A stretch of 64,000 bases of DNA from Gammaproteobacteria bacterium (GTDB taxonomy: Bacteria; Actinomycetota; Acidimicrobiia; Acidimicrobiales; Ilumatobacteraceae). Of the stretch, positions 46,009 to 56,024 are shown piece by piece (position 1 is the first letter of the stretch; each line of letters opens with the position of its first letter). A program made the translations under genes and the position numbers. The notes under the pieces are model-generated. The model did no database searches. It was not told the origin of the DNA and saw only the letters and a list, made by a program, of their open reading frames with translations. The stretch lies in the NCBI GenBank assembly GCA_047638615.1, contig JBLIMF010000001.1, positions 992 to 64,991 of the forward strand, read 5' to 3'.

Positions 46009-46946
46009 TGGCACTCCTCTCACGCGTTGCCGATCGCATCTATTGGGCTGCCCGTTACATCGAGCGCGCCGAGGACTCTGCACGAGTACTGCGGAGCTTT
46101 GGTGAGCTCCTCGCCGACATCCCGAACGTCGATGCTGCCAACTGGCAGCCACTGGTCACGATTGCAGGCAGCGACACCGAGATCGAAACTAACGGAAATG
46201 GCGAGGAGTCGCAGGAGCGACTCGTTGTGCGTTTCCTGATGTGCGACTCTGAGCACGGGAACAGCATCCACCAGACCGTGGAGTCGTGTCGCGCTAATCT
46301 CAGAACCTGTCGAGAGGTCGTGCCGCGCGAGGCATGGGAGACCGTCAACGATTTGACTCTGTACGTGCGACCCAACGCTGCGCGATCGCTCGACCGCCGA
46401 CCGCGTGACGCATTTCTTGCACGCGTGATTAACGACAGTCGCCGGCTCGACGGCGTTATGAATTCGTCGATGACTCGCGACGAAGCGTTCGAGCTCTGGA
46501 GGCTTGGCCGTTACATCGAGCGCGCTGACATGACGACTCGAGTCGTTGGGGTCCGTGCGGCATCTCTGCTGGCCCTCCCGCACGGTGCGGTCGATCAGTT
46601 CGCCGAAGTGCGGTGGATGAGTGTGCTGCGCTCGCTGTCGGCCTTACAGATGTATCAGCGTGCATCCGATGGGCCGATTGACGGGCCTGAAGTTGTTCGT
46701 TTCCTGTTGTTCGATCACCGCTTCCCGCGTTCGGTCGCCGGGTGTCTTACAGAGGTTCGCTCGTCGCTTCTGCGCCTGCCGGCGAACGACGATGTGCTGC
46801 GCGCACTCGAACACGCCGATCAAGAGTTGTATCAATCGCGGCCTGCCGCCGACGACGGTGCTGCCCTCGATGCGGCGATGGAACGCGTGCAGGGCGCGCT
46901 TGCCAACCTGCACAATGCCCTCGCCGAGCGTTATCTACATTTCTGA
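46008..46946 (+). CDS. Alpha-E domain protein
   Basis: 'LLSRVADRIYWAARYIERAE', second repeat 'GRYIERADMTTR', 'FPRSV'. Confidence 0.92.
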   Translation: MALLSRVADRIYWAARYIERAEDSARVLRSFGELLADIPNVDAANWQPLVTIAGSDTEIETNGNGEESQERLVVRFLMCDSEHGNSIHQTVESCRANLRTCREVVPREAWETVNDLTLYVRPNAARSLDRRPRDAFLARVINDSRRLDGVMNSSMTRDEAFELWRLGRYIERADMTTRVVGVRAASLLALPHGAVDQFAEVRWMSVLRSLSALQMYQRASDGPIDGPEVVRFLLFDHRFPRSVAGCLTEVRSSLLRLPANDDVLRALEHADQELYQSRPAADDGAALDAAMERVQGALANLHNALAERYLHF

Positions 46947-47025
46947 CCTGGGTCGATCAGCGTCGTGCTGATCGCCATTTCCCCTTATCTCATCACCCCG
47001 CACCTCTGACTCTGCCTACGAAATC

Positions 47026-49356
47026 ATGACCGCCGCCGCCGAGCTCATCTGTAGGTTTGCCGAACTCCCCGACTTGGCGCGTCGGCAGTTCGATGCCGAT
47101 CGCATCTTGTCGTTTGAGGGCGCCGGGCACATTGTTCACGATCTTCCTGCACGCTCCGACGGACGTTCGGTTTCGCTCGAGTCGCGTCCATGGCGACTCG
47201 ACCCGATTCCCTACGTTCTCGACAGTGCGGAATTCGAAATGCTTCGCGCCGGCGTCGCTGCTCGGATGCAGATGCTCGAGGCGATCCTCGCCGACTTGTA
47301 CGGGGCGCGTCGTTTACTCACCGATCGCGTTATTGAGTCCGAGGCACTCTGGTCGTCGAGTCGATATCGAACTGCCGCAATCGGCGCGCATACGCCGAAG
47401 CGTTGGCTCACCAGTTACGCCGTCGACGTGATGCGCGACGCAATGGGTGTCTGGCATGTCATTGCTGATCGAACCGACGCGCCGTCCGGCGTCGGATTCG
47501 CGCTGCTGGACCGGATGGTCGCAGCTCGAGTGCACCGCGACGTCGCCGCATCGGTGCGAACATCGGTGGGGTTGCAACCGCTCACTCCGTTCGTGGATCG
47601 CCTTCGCGATGGCCTCGCCGATCTGTCCGATGCGGAAAGCCCGCGCATTGTCGTGATGTCCGGTGGCGTCGATCATCCTTCGTTTGTTGAGCAGTCGTTC
47701 CTCGCCACGCAACTCGGTCTGAACCTGGCCGAAGGTGCTGACCTGGTCGTCCGGAAACGACGGCTGTGGCTGCGATCACTGGCTGGTTTCGAACCGATCG
47801 ACGTGCTGTTCCGTCGACTCGAAGATGATCGGATCGACCCGATGGAAGTCAACACCCAGGGCGGTGCGGGCATCCCCGGGCTCCTCCTGGCCACATCGTC
47901 AGGCGGCGTGCGCCTCGCCAACGCGCATGGCTCAGGTGTAATCGAAGATCTCGAGCTCGCTGAATCTTGGGAAACGGCCGGCGAGTGGTTGGCCAGTTCG
48001 CGCCAACTCTCGCTCGAACGAACGGTGCTCAGAAAGATCTCACCGGCGGTGCGAATGAGCATGCAATGGGATCTTCAGCCCACCTACGACGACACGGCGG
48101 TCCTCGACCGGCCGATCATCTTGCGGATGCATTTGGTCGCAAGCGATCAGGGCGTCGAGGTGTTGCCCGGCGCCAGCGTTCGAGTTCTTGGCTTGTATGA
48201 CGACCCGCTCGCCCCGACCCTGGCGCGCGCGAAAGACCTGTGGGTGCTCGGCGCATCCGATCGGGTGCGAACCGCTCGACGTCGGCCACTGCCGCAGGTA
48301 GATCTCGTGGCCTCGGTGCCCACGAGGGCGGCCGAGGCGCTCTTCTGGGCAGGCCGGGCACTCGAGCGAACCGAACTTCTCGCTCGAACATTGCGTGTTG
48401 TTCTCGATCGAACGGGTGGCACGGCCGACACACAAATTGCCGAACGTTGGGTCGCGCCGGCGATCGGCATGCTCGGCCACGTCGCCGGCCTAGACCTCGA
48501 TCGGGCCGAAGCAACGACGATCCACGGCAGCGAGGCGTTCATTCCGTCGGCCTCGCTCGCATCGGCTGCCACGGCGTTGGCGAGCCAGCTCGGTTCGCTT
48601 CTTGCCGAGGTGTCATCGGTGCGCGAGTTCTTCTCGGTCACAGCGGGACGTCTGTTTGCGCGGCTCGCTGATCAACGTCGAGATATCAGCGCACTCGTTG
48701 CTGCGACCGTTCCGAACCGGTCGATCACCGATGGTTTTGATGCGCTCGCTCCAGACCTTGCTGCCGACCTTGAGGCTGGGCTCCTCGACAGCGGTCTCCT
48801 TGACAGTGTTCTGATCGATGTCGCATCGCTCGCCGGTCTGTGGAACGAAAGCATGGTGCATGGGCCGGCATGGAGGATTGGCGAGATCGGTCGACGCCTC
48901 GAACGTGTCTTTGGTGTGATCGACGTCTGGCGTGGTGCGGTGCAGTGGGCCGCCATGATCGACCTCGAAGATGATGCACAGCGGCTGATCGAGATCGTGC
49001 TTGCCACGAACGAGAGCTTGGTGGCCTACCGCCGTCGCTACCGATCAGACGTCGAGTTCGGTGCAGCCGTTGAACTCGTCATTCTCGACGGCAACAACCC
49101 GCGGTCGGCCGCGTCGGCGATTGAGTCGGTACGACGCGAAGCCGAGGCAGTCGGATGGACGGACGGAGCGACGTTGGCTGCCGACCTGGCCAACGGCCTG
49201 CAGCGAAGCCGCCTGCACTCGCCCGTGTCGACCGAGCGCGCACTGCACGAGCTGTATGTCGGTTGCGATCAGCTTGCGCGGAGTGTCGTGAGTACGTTCC
49301 TTGCTTCGCCGGTAGATCCCCGTCCGGTCGGCCTCCTGAAAGAGCAATCATCGTGA
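47026..49356 (+). CDS. Fused CP-ATP-grasp (degenerate) plus alpha-E protein
   Basis: 'RPWRLDPIP', 'DRTDAPSGVGFAL', 'FRRLED', 'KDLWV', then 'AEALFWAGRALER', 'GRRLER', 'NPRS'. Confidence 0.85.
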   Translation: MTAAAELICRFAELPDLARRQFDADRILSFEGAGHIVHDLPARSDGRSVSLESRPWRLDPIPYVLDSAEFEMLRAGVAARMQMLEAILADLYGARRLLTDRVIESEALWSSSRYRTAAIGAHTPKRWLTSYAVDVMRDAMGVWHVIADRTDAPSGVGFALLDRMVAARVHRDVAASVRTSVGLQPLTPFVDRLRDGLADLSDAESPRIVVMSGGVDHPSFVEQSFLATQLGLNLAEGADLVVRKRRLWLRSLAGFEPIDVLFRRLEDDRIDPMEVNTQGGAGIPGLLLATSSGGVRLANAHGSGVIEDLELAESWETAGEWLASSRQLSLERTVLRKISPAVRMSMQWDLQPTYDDTAVLDRPIILRMHLVASDQGVEVLPGASVRVLGLYDDPLAPTLARAKDLWVLGASDRVRTARRRPLPQVDLVASVPTRAAEALFWAGRALERTELLARTLRVVLDRTGGTADTQIAERWVAPAIGMLGHVAGLDLDRAEATTIHGSEAFIPSASLASAATALASQLGSLLAEVSSVREFFSVTAGRLFARLADQRRDISALVAATVPNRSITDGFDALAPDLAADLEAGLLDSGLLDSVLIDVASLAGLWNESMVHGPAWRIGEIGRRLERVFGVIDVWRGAVQWAAMIDLEDDAQRLIEIVLATNESLVAYRRRYRSDVEFGAAVELVILDGNNPRSAASAIESVRREAEAVGWTDGATLAADLANGLQRSRLHSPVSTERALHELYVGCDQLARSVVSTFLASPVDPRPVGLLKEQSS

Positions 49357-50252
49357 AAGCCCGGCGTTACTCGGTGTCGCATTTTACGACCTACGAATAC
49401 TCGGCAGAAATGCTCGACGGTTACAGCGTGGCCAACTTGCTTGCTCGGCCGACTCCGACGCAGCGACTGCTCTCGACGGAGTTGACGACCGACCCCGATG
49501 TCGACGAACGAGACGATCGCATCGATGTGTTCGGAAACAGAGTCGTTCAGCTCGGGATACATCGGCCGCACCACCGGCTTGTCGTTCAGGTCAGCACCCA
49601 AGTCGAAATCACATCGGCAATCACACCGCGAATGAACCCGGCATGGGAGCAGGCAGCCGCGCAAACCGCTGCATTGCGAGGCTCGGTCTCGCTTGATGTT
49701 TCGCCGTTCCTTGCGTCGTCGAGGCTTATTCCCGTCCGGCCGTCGAGCCCGGAAACCGCTGCACTACTCGATGACTTCGCTGCCGAGTTCGAACCCGGTC
49801 GTCCGATCCTCGATGTGATTGCGAACGTCTGCTCGTCGATCTTCACCGGATACCGGTTCGACCCGACTGCCACGATGGTGACCACGCCGCTGTCCGATGT
49901 CCTCGCCCGGCGAGCTGGCGTCTGTCAGGACTTCGCGCACCTTGCGGTCGGTGCTTTCCGGGCTCATGGACTCGCCGCTCGGTACGTCAGCGGGTACATC
50001 GAGACCGACCCGCCGCCCGGCGAGGAGAAAACAATCGGCGCCGACGCATCGCACGCGTGGTGCTCGGTATGGATCCCGGAGCACGGGTGGGTCGATCTCG
50101 ACCCGACTAATGGCATCGTTGGTGTCGACCGGCATGTCACCGTCGGGTGGGGCCGTGACTACGCCGACGTGGCGCCCATCCGGGGCGTGGTCATCGGGCC
50201 GGTCTCGACCCAGACACTGAGTGTGTCGGTCGACGTGGCCCGTCTCGACTAA
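49353..50252 (+). CDS. Transglutaminase-family protein
   Basis: 'HFTTYEY', 'DVFGN', catalytic 'GVCQDFAH', 'ARYVSGY', 'SHAW', 'DPTN', 'GRDYADVAP'. GTG overlaps the upstream stop. Confidence 0.92.
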   Translation: MKARRYSVSHFTTYEYSAEMLDGYSVANLLARPTPTQRLLSTELTTDPDVDERDDRIDVFGNRVVQLGIHRPHHRLVVQVSTQVEITSAITPRMNPAWEQAAAQTAALRGSVSLDVSPFLASSRLIPVRPSSPETAALLDDFAAEFEPGRPILDVIANVCSSIFTGYRFDPTATMVTTPLSDVLARRAGVCQDFAHLAVGAFRAHGLAARYVSGYIETDPPPGEEKTIGADASHAWCSVWIPEHGWVDLDPTNGIVGVDRHVTVGWGRDYADVAPIRGVVIGPVSTQTLSVSVDVARLD

Positions 50253-50335
50253 TTTTCCAGCGATTTCGTGGAGGTTCTGGGCACCCGGTGCGCAAACAAC
50301 TCACGCACACGGTGATGGCGCGTATCGTTGGGTCG

Positions 50336-51283
50336 ATGACAGTGCGAATTGGAGTGATCGGCGCAGGCGGCATGGGCCGTGAGCACATCAAGAATCTCGT
50401 GGCGATCGATGGCGTCGAGGTCGCCGTCGTTGCCGATGTCGTCGCGACCGCCGCCCTTGATGCTGCTGGCCTCTGCAATGCAGCGGCATCGACTGACGCC
50501 CTGGGGGTTGCCGCAGATCCGAGCCTTGACGCCATCGTCATCGCGTCTCCGGACGACACGCACGCCGATCTCACCATTGCCGCTGTCGAGCGCGGCGCCT
50601 TCGTTCTGTGCGAAAAACCACTGGCGACTAACGTCGTCGATGCTGAGCGTGTCGTTGCAGCAGAGGTAGCGGCCGGGCGTCCGCTGGTCCAGCTGGGCTT
50701 CATGAGGCAGTACGACCCAGCGCATCTGCAGGTCGCAGGAGCGATCAGTGAACTCGGCGCGATCCGCCATGTTCGCAGCGCCCACCGCAATACGAACCAT
50801 CATTGGCAACGGCCGCTCGAACTGGTCTTCTCGCAATCGTTGATCCATGACGTGCACACCGCCCGGTGGCTGATGGGTACCGAGTTTTCGTCCGTCACCA
50901 CGCAGGTGGTCAGTGGGCCACGACCAGTCGAGCACGTGGTTGTGCTCGGGGCAATGGCTGACGGGTCGACCGTCACGATTGAGTTCGTCGAGGCCACATA
51001 CGGCTACGACATTGATGTCGAGGTCACCTGCGAACAGGGCATGGTCACTGCCCCGCAACCAGCGCAACCGGTCGTCCGCTTCGAGGGCGCAGGTCATCAA
51101 CACATCGGTGACGACTGGTTCGGCCGATTCAGCGAGGCGTATCGGGCTGAGGCTGCCGATTGGATTGCAGGGGTCCGTGCGGGAGAGGTGCGTGGCCCGA
51201 CTTCGATCGATGGCTTGGCGGCGCAGCGGGTCGTCGACGCAGCCATTCGGTCGGCAGCATCTGGTCAACGCGAAGCGGTCTGA
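50336..51283 (+). CDS. Gfo/Idh/MocA oxidoreductase (inositol 2-dehydrogenase-like)
   Basis: 'IGAGGMG', 'CEKPLA', 'QLGFMRQYD', 'IHD', 'YGYDI'. Confidence 0.88.
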   Translation: MTVRIGVIGAGGMGREHIKNLVAIDGVEVAVVADVVATAALDAAGLCNAAASTDALGVAADPSLDAIVIASPDDTHADLTIAAVERGAFVLCEKPLATNVVDAERVVAAEVAAGRPLVQLGFMRQYDPAHLQVAGAISELGAIRHVRSAHRNTNHHWQRPLELVFSQSLIHDVHTARWLMGTEFSSVTTQVVSGPRPVEHVVVLGAMADGSTVTIEFVEATYGYDIDVEVTCEQGMVTAPQPAQPVVRFEGAGHQHIGDDWFGRFSEAYRAEAADWIAGVRAGEVRGPTSIDGLAAQRVVDAAIRSAASGQREAV

Positions 51284-51356
51284 TCGCCGTTTGTGACTTC
51301 CGGCCGGACCCGATCAGAGAACATGAAGATCCGAGCTGGTTCGACATGATGTCTGA

Positions 51357-52643
51357 GTGAAAACGTTTGGAAACTCCACTGCTGCCGGTCAGCATCCTGA
51401 CACTGCAGCGGAGCGACTCATCACCAAACCGTTCGTGATCGTCACGTTGACCGCCTTTGCGTTCTTCATGTACATCGGAACGTTGGTCCCGCTTGTGCCG
51501 CTGTTTATCGAGGGTCCGCTCAAAGGTGGTGAACTTGCCCTTGGGCTGAATGTTGCCGTGTTTGCGCTTGCCGCCGTGTTCGCCCGCCCGCTGCTCGGTC
51601 GTTTGGCTGATCGCTACGGACGTCGCTCGATCATCATCGGCGGCGCGCTGACAGCCGCGGCTGGCGGCATGTTGATGAGCCAGATCGATTCACTGGTGGC
51701 CGTGATGGGGCTCCGGGCACTCACCGGCGTGGGCGAGGCAGCGGTCTTCATTGGCACTGCAACGTTGATTGCCGATCTGTCGCCTCGTGCTCGCCGTGCG
51801 GAGGGTGCGAGCTACTTCTCGGTGGCGGTTTTCTCTGGCCTGGGTGTTGGACCGGTTTTCAGCGAATGGCTCCTCGACGACGTCAACTTCGAACGCACCT
51901 TTATTGCTGCCGGTGGTTTTGCCGTCGTGGCTGCGGTGATCGCGATCTTTGCGCCGGCGCGCGTCGAGTCGCCTGACGATTCTGAGTCGACCGTTGACTC
52001 TGGCCGGCGCGCTTCGCCGCCCGTGAAGACCCTCGCCAAGAGTGGGATTTTCAGAATCATCCACCCCGCCGCGATCCTGCCGGGCGCGGTGTTGGCGTGT
52101 GGCGTCGGCGGCCTGACGACCTTTTTCCTGTTCATTCCCGAGTACTCACGGGACAACGGCTTTGCCAACTCTGGCGTCTTGTTTCTGACTTATGCGCTCG
52201 TCTCGCTCATCATCCGGATCTTTGGCGCGAAGCTGCCTGAGCGTCTGGGCCCGCGACGTTCTGTAACGATCGCACTGGTCTCCATGGCGGTTGGTCTGGC
52301 CGTTTTCGCTGCGGCGCCGAGCGTCATCGGCCTCTGGATCGGGGCGTTCCTGATCGGACTTGGTGCCGCATTCAACTATCCGTCGCTCATGGCGTTGACG
52401 GTCAACAATGCCAGCGATGCGGATCGCGCGTCGGCGATCAGCTCGTTCACGATGTTCTTCGAGATCGGCTCGGCTGGCAGTGGCCTGCTCGTCGGCGGGT
52501 TCGCTCAGATCGTCGGCAAGCAAATCGGGTTCCTTGGTGGCGTGGTTTCCTGTCTGGTTGGTCTGTGGCTCTTGCGCACCAAGCTGGCGCCCGCCGAACG
52601 AGGACCGGGTGAGCGGAAATCGGACGTCCAACTGGCTGGCTGA
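51357..52643 (+). CDS. MFS transporter
   Basis: About 12 TMs, with motif A 'GRLADRYGRR'. Confidence 0.9.
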   Translation: MKTFGNSTAAGQHPDTAAERLITKPFVIVTLTAFAFFMYIGTLVPLVPLFIEGPLKGGELALGLNVAVFALAAVFARPLLGRLADRYGRRSIIIGGALTAAAGGMLMSQIDSLVAVMGLRALTGVGEAAVFIGTATLIADLSPRARRAEGASYFSVAVFSGLGVGPVFSEWLLDDVNFERTFIAAGGFAVVAAVIAIFAPARVESPDDSESTVDSGRRASPPVKTLAKSGIFRIIHPAAILPGAVLACGVGGLTTFFLFIPEYSRDNGFANSGVLFLTYALVSLIIRIFGAKLPERLGPRRSVTIALVSMAVGLAVFAAAPSVIGLWIGAFLIGLGAAFNYPSLMALTVNNASDADRASAISSFTMFFEIGSAGSGLLVGGFAQIVGKQIGFLGGVVSCLVGLWLLRTKLAPAERGPGERKSDVQLAG

Positions 52644-52685
52644 TTTCCGCTGGTCATTGTCGGCAGCGACCGTCAGTATGGAGAT

Positions 52686-54176
52686 GTGCCACCCCTCGAC
52701 CACGACCGTTGCTACAGCATCGTCAAGAACGCCGACCGGCGCTTCGACGGGTGGTTCGTGACCGCAGTGCGTACAACGGGCATTTACTGCCGCCCGAGTT
52801 GTCCAGCGATCACACCGAAGCAAACGAACGTCGAGTTCCATCACACAGCGGCCGCTGCACAGCAACGCGGGTTCCGAGCGTGTAAGCGGTGCCGCCCCGA
52901 CGCGTCGCCTGGGTCGCCCGAATGGAATCTTCGACAGGATCTGATTGGCCGAGCGATGCGCCTCATTGCTGATGGCGCTGTCGAGCGTGATGGCGTGCCA
53001 GGTCTGGCGAAGCAGCTCGGCTACAGCGAACGTCATCTGAACCGGGTGATGACCGACGAACTTGGTGCGGGCCCGCTCGCCATCGCGCGGGCGCATCGCT
53101 CGCACACTGCGCGGCTCCTCATCGAGACCACCGCGATGGCCTTCACCGATATCGCCTTCGCAGCTGGCTTTGGCAGCATTCGCCAGTTCAACGACACTGT
53201 GCGCGAAGTGTTTGCGTCATCGCCGACCGAACTGCGTGCCAAAGGCAGCACAGCAAGCCAGGCCTCGAGAGCGGGCGAGGTCACACTTCGGCTACCGACT
53301 CGTCAGCCGTTTGCCGGTGATGAGTTGCTGGCGTTCCTCGGTGCGCACGCCATTCCCGGCGTGGAGTCGTGGGACGGCTCGACGTTCGCTCAGGTGCTGT
53401 CATTGCCTCACGGACCGGGCGTCGTCTCGCTGCGGGTCGGCGACGATCACGTCGAAGCTCGGGTGCGTCTGACCGAGTGGGCCGATCTCGCCACGGCCGT
53501 ACAACGGATCCGTCGGCTCCTCGACCTCGATGCTGATCCGCAGGCCGTCGATGCAGCGCTCGCCTCCGATGTGCGTCTTGCTCCGCTCGTCGCCAGAGCC
53601 CCCGGGCGGCGCGCCTCGGCGAGCGCCGATCCGGTACAGACGGCGCTGCGTGCGGTCATCGGCCAGCAAGTCTCGCTCGCGGGAGCACGCACCGTGACCG
53701 GACGCCTCGCTGTGGCACTGGGCGAACCACTCGATCCGGCACTGGCGGTCGGCAACGAGCTGTCCCATGCCTTCCCGACCGTCGAGCGTCTCGCCGCAGC
53801 ACCTGACGAGTTGTTCGCCATGCCGACTGCTCGCCGTGACACGGTGCGCCGCCTTGCAGCAGCAGTCGCCGAAGGCAGTGTTGAGCTCGATGCTGGCTCC
53901 GACCCGCACGTCGCCCGTGATCAACTCCTTGCACTCAAGGGCATCGGGCCGTGGACAACTGACTACGTGATGATGCGTGGCCTCGGACATCCCGACGTCT
54001 TTCTCGGTACCGACCTCGTTGCTGTCAACGCCCTGGCGGCGCTCAATCTCACTGCCGACGATACTGCCGCTTGGTCGCCCTGGCGCTCGTATGCACTTCA
54101 CCACCTGTGGGCGAGCCTCGGCACGCTGCAGGCCGCTGCAGCTGACGCTGTACAACCCCGTAAGGACACCGCATGA
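52686..54176 (+). CDS. alkA: AdaA-AlkA fusion: Ada Zn-binding regulator, AraC HTH and 3-methyladenine DNA glycosylase
   Basis: 'TTGIYCRPSC', 'GFRACKRCRP', 'GFGSIRQFN', HhH 'LKGIGPWT', 'WSPWRSYA'. Confidence 0.92.
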   Translation: MPPLDHDRCYSIVKNADRRFDGWFVTAVRTTGIYCRPSCPAITPKQTNVEFHHTAAAAQQRGFRACKRCRPDASPGSPEWNLRQDLIGRAMRLIADGAVERDGVPGLAKQLGYSERHLNRVMTDELGAGPLAIARAHRSHTARLLIETTAMAFTDIAFAAGFGSIRQFNDTVREVFASSPTELRAKGSTASQASRAGEVTLRLPTRQPFAGDELLAFLGAHAIPGVESWDGSTFAQVLSLPHGPGVVSLRVGDDHVEARVRLTEWADLATAVQRIRRLLDLDADPQAVDAALASDVRLAPLVARAPGRRASASADPVQTALRAVIGQQVSLAGARTVTGRLAVALGEPLDPALAVGNELSHAFPTVERLAAAPDELFAMPTARRDTVRRLAAAVAEGSVELDAGSDPHVARDQLLALKGIGPWTTDYVMMRGLGHPDVFLGTDLVAVNALAALNLTADDTAAWSPWRSYALHHLWASLGTLQAAAADAVQPRKDTA

Positions 54177-54691
54177 TCGACACCGCCTTGTCTTCCACGA
54201 CCATGGACAGCCCGATGGGGGTGCTGACGCTTGTTGCCGGCGATGTCGGGCTCAGGGCGGTGCTGTGGCCGAGCGATGATCCGGCACGCGTGCCACTTGG
54301 AGAGGCAATCGAGACGGTCGAAACGACTGGGCACCCGGTCCTTGCTGCAGCTGTCGACCAACTTGGCGAGTACTTCGCTGGGGATCGTCAAGACTTCGAC
54401 CTCCCACTCGATCCAGTCGGTACTGACTTTCAGCAGTCGGCATGGATGGCGCTGCGAGCCATCCCCTACGGAGAGACCGTCAGCTACGGCGAGCAGGCCG
54501 AAGGGATGGGCGATAAGCGCAAGGCGCGTGCAGTCGGAGCAGCAAACGGTCGTAACCCGATCTCGATCATTGTGCCTTGCCACCGAGTCGTCGGTTCGAA
54601 TGGTTCGCTCACAGGGTTTGCCGGAGGCCTCGACAGCAAGCGATGGCTTCTCGAACATGAGTCCAAGAACGCCGGCCACATACTTCTGTAA
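54173..54691 (+). CDS. ogt: Methylated-DNA--protein-cysteine methyltransferase
   Basis: 'GTDFQ', 'IPYGET', 'RAVGAANGRNP', active site 'PCHRV'. Confidence 0.95.
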   Translation: MIDTALSSTTMDSPMGVLTLVAGDVGLRAVLWPSDDPARVPLGEAIETVETTGHPVLAAAVDQLGEYFAGDRQDFDLPLDPVGTDFQQSAWMALRAIPYGETVSYGEQAEGMGDKRKARAVGAANGRNPISIIVPCHRVVGSNGSLTGFAGGLDSKRWLLEHESKNAGHILL

Positions 54692-54882
54692 CACCACCCA
54701 CATCGTCACGCCCGGTCGTGCCAAATGGAGACCGTTGCAACGCTCCAGTGGTGTCTCGCGACCCCCTTTTGTGCGATGGGGCCAGCACCGACGAAATGGA
54801 GACCGTGATGCTCGCCGGGGGTGTCGAATTGGTCTCAGTTTCTGATGACAAGGGTGGGGTGCGGGTGTGGCAACGTGACGCG

Positions 54883-55860
54883 ATGAAGTACGTCCCCTTT
54901 GGAAACACTGGTCTGTCCGTCTCGGCAATCACGCTCGGATGCATGAGCTATGGCGAGTCGGGCAAAGGCACGCATGCCTGGAGCATGGACGAAGCGACCA
55001 GCCGGCCGTTCATCGAGCAGGCCCTCGAAGCAGGGATCAACTGTTTCGATACCGCGAACGTCTATTCACTGGGGTCGAGCGAAGAAATCGTCGGCCGTGC
55101 GCTTTCGGACATGACGAAACGCGAAGACGTCATCATCGCCACCAAGGTGCGCGGTCGGATGCGCGAGGGGCAGTTCGGCGAGGGTCTCTCTCGCAAGGCG
55201 ATCATGCATGAGGTCGATCAGAGCCTGAAGCGGCTTGGCACCGACTACATCGATCTGTATCAGATCCATCGCTGGGACCACCACACACCGATCGAAGAGA
55301 CGATGGAGGCGCTGCACGATCTGATCCGTTCGGGCAAGGTGCATTACATCGGTGCATCGTCGATGTACGCCTGGCAGTTCAGTAAGGCGCAGTACACCGC
55401 TGATGCCAACGGTTGGACGCGATTCGTCAGCATGCAGCCGCATTACAACTTGATCAATCGCGAGGAAGAACGCGAGATGCTTCCGCTCTGCCGTGACATG
55501 AACGTCGCAGTGATCCCCTGGAGCCCGATGGCCCGCGGCAAGCTGACCCGCGAGTGGGGCGCCACGACCAATCGCACAGAGAGCGACGATTTCGGTCGAT
55601 ACCTCTACAGCATGGAGGAATCGGACAAAGCAGTGTCCGATGCCCTCAGGACGGTTGCCGAAGCACGCGGCGTGTCGCGTGCGCAGATTGCGCTTGCATG
55701 GGTGCTGCGCAACAAGGCAGTCACGTCACCGATCATCGGTGCGACCAAGCCGCATCACATCGACGATGCCGTTGCAGCCGTCGAGTTGGAACTGACGAAC
55801 GACGAAGCGCAGTCGCTCGAAGAGCACTACCTCCCTCACCCCATCGTCGGCTTCTCCTGA
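54883..55860 (+). CDS. Aldo/keto reductase
   Basis: 'LGCMSYG', 'FDTANVYS.G.SEE', 'IATK', 'DLYQIHRWD', 'PWSPMARG', 'PIIGATK'. Confidence 0.92.
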   Translation: MKYVPFGNTGLSVSAITLGCMSYGESGKGTHAWSMDEATSRPFIEQALEAGINCFDTANVYSLGSSEEIVGRALSDMTKREDVIIATKVRGRMREGQFGEGLSRKAIMHEVDQSLKRLGTDYIDLYQIHRWDHHTPIEETMEALHDLIRSGKVHYIGASSMYAWQFSKAQYTADANGWTRFVSMQPHYNLINREEEREMLPLCRDMNVAVIPWSPMARGKLTREWGATTNRTESDDFGRYLYSMEESDKAVSDALRTVAEARGVSRAQIALAWVLRNKAVTSPIIGATKPHHIDDAVAAVELELTNDEAQSLEEHYLPHPIVGFS

Positions 55861-55965
55861 GTCGGGCCACATCGCCTGATCCCGGCGCCAGCCCTCACCG
55901 CTCATTGAGCAAGCTCAACTCGGGTTCATGCTTTCTTGGCCTCGAACGATCTGATCCCGACTCAG
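55857..55965. repeat. Dispersed structured intergenic element, copy 2
   Basis: Terminal stem CTGAGTCGGG/CCCGACTCAG and central TTGAGCAAGCTCAA. Homologous to 19427-19532. Confidence 0.75.
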
Positions 55966-56024
55966 TGAATTGAGAGGGAAGAAAGAGCGCGCGACGGGGT
56001 GTGTTGCCCGTCCGCTGTGGAGCG

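Noticed and set aside
46954-46974. 8-bp hairpin inside the alpha-E operon
   Set aside because: A single short GC-rich stem without a U-tract is too weak to call a terminator or regulatory element.
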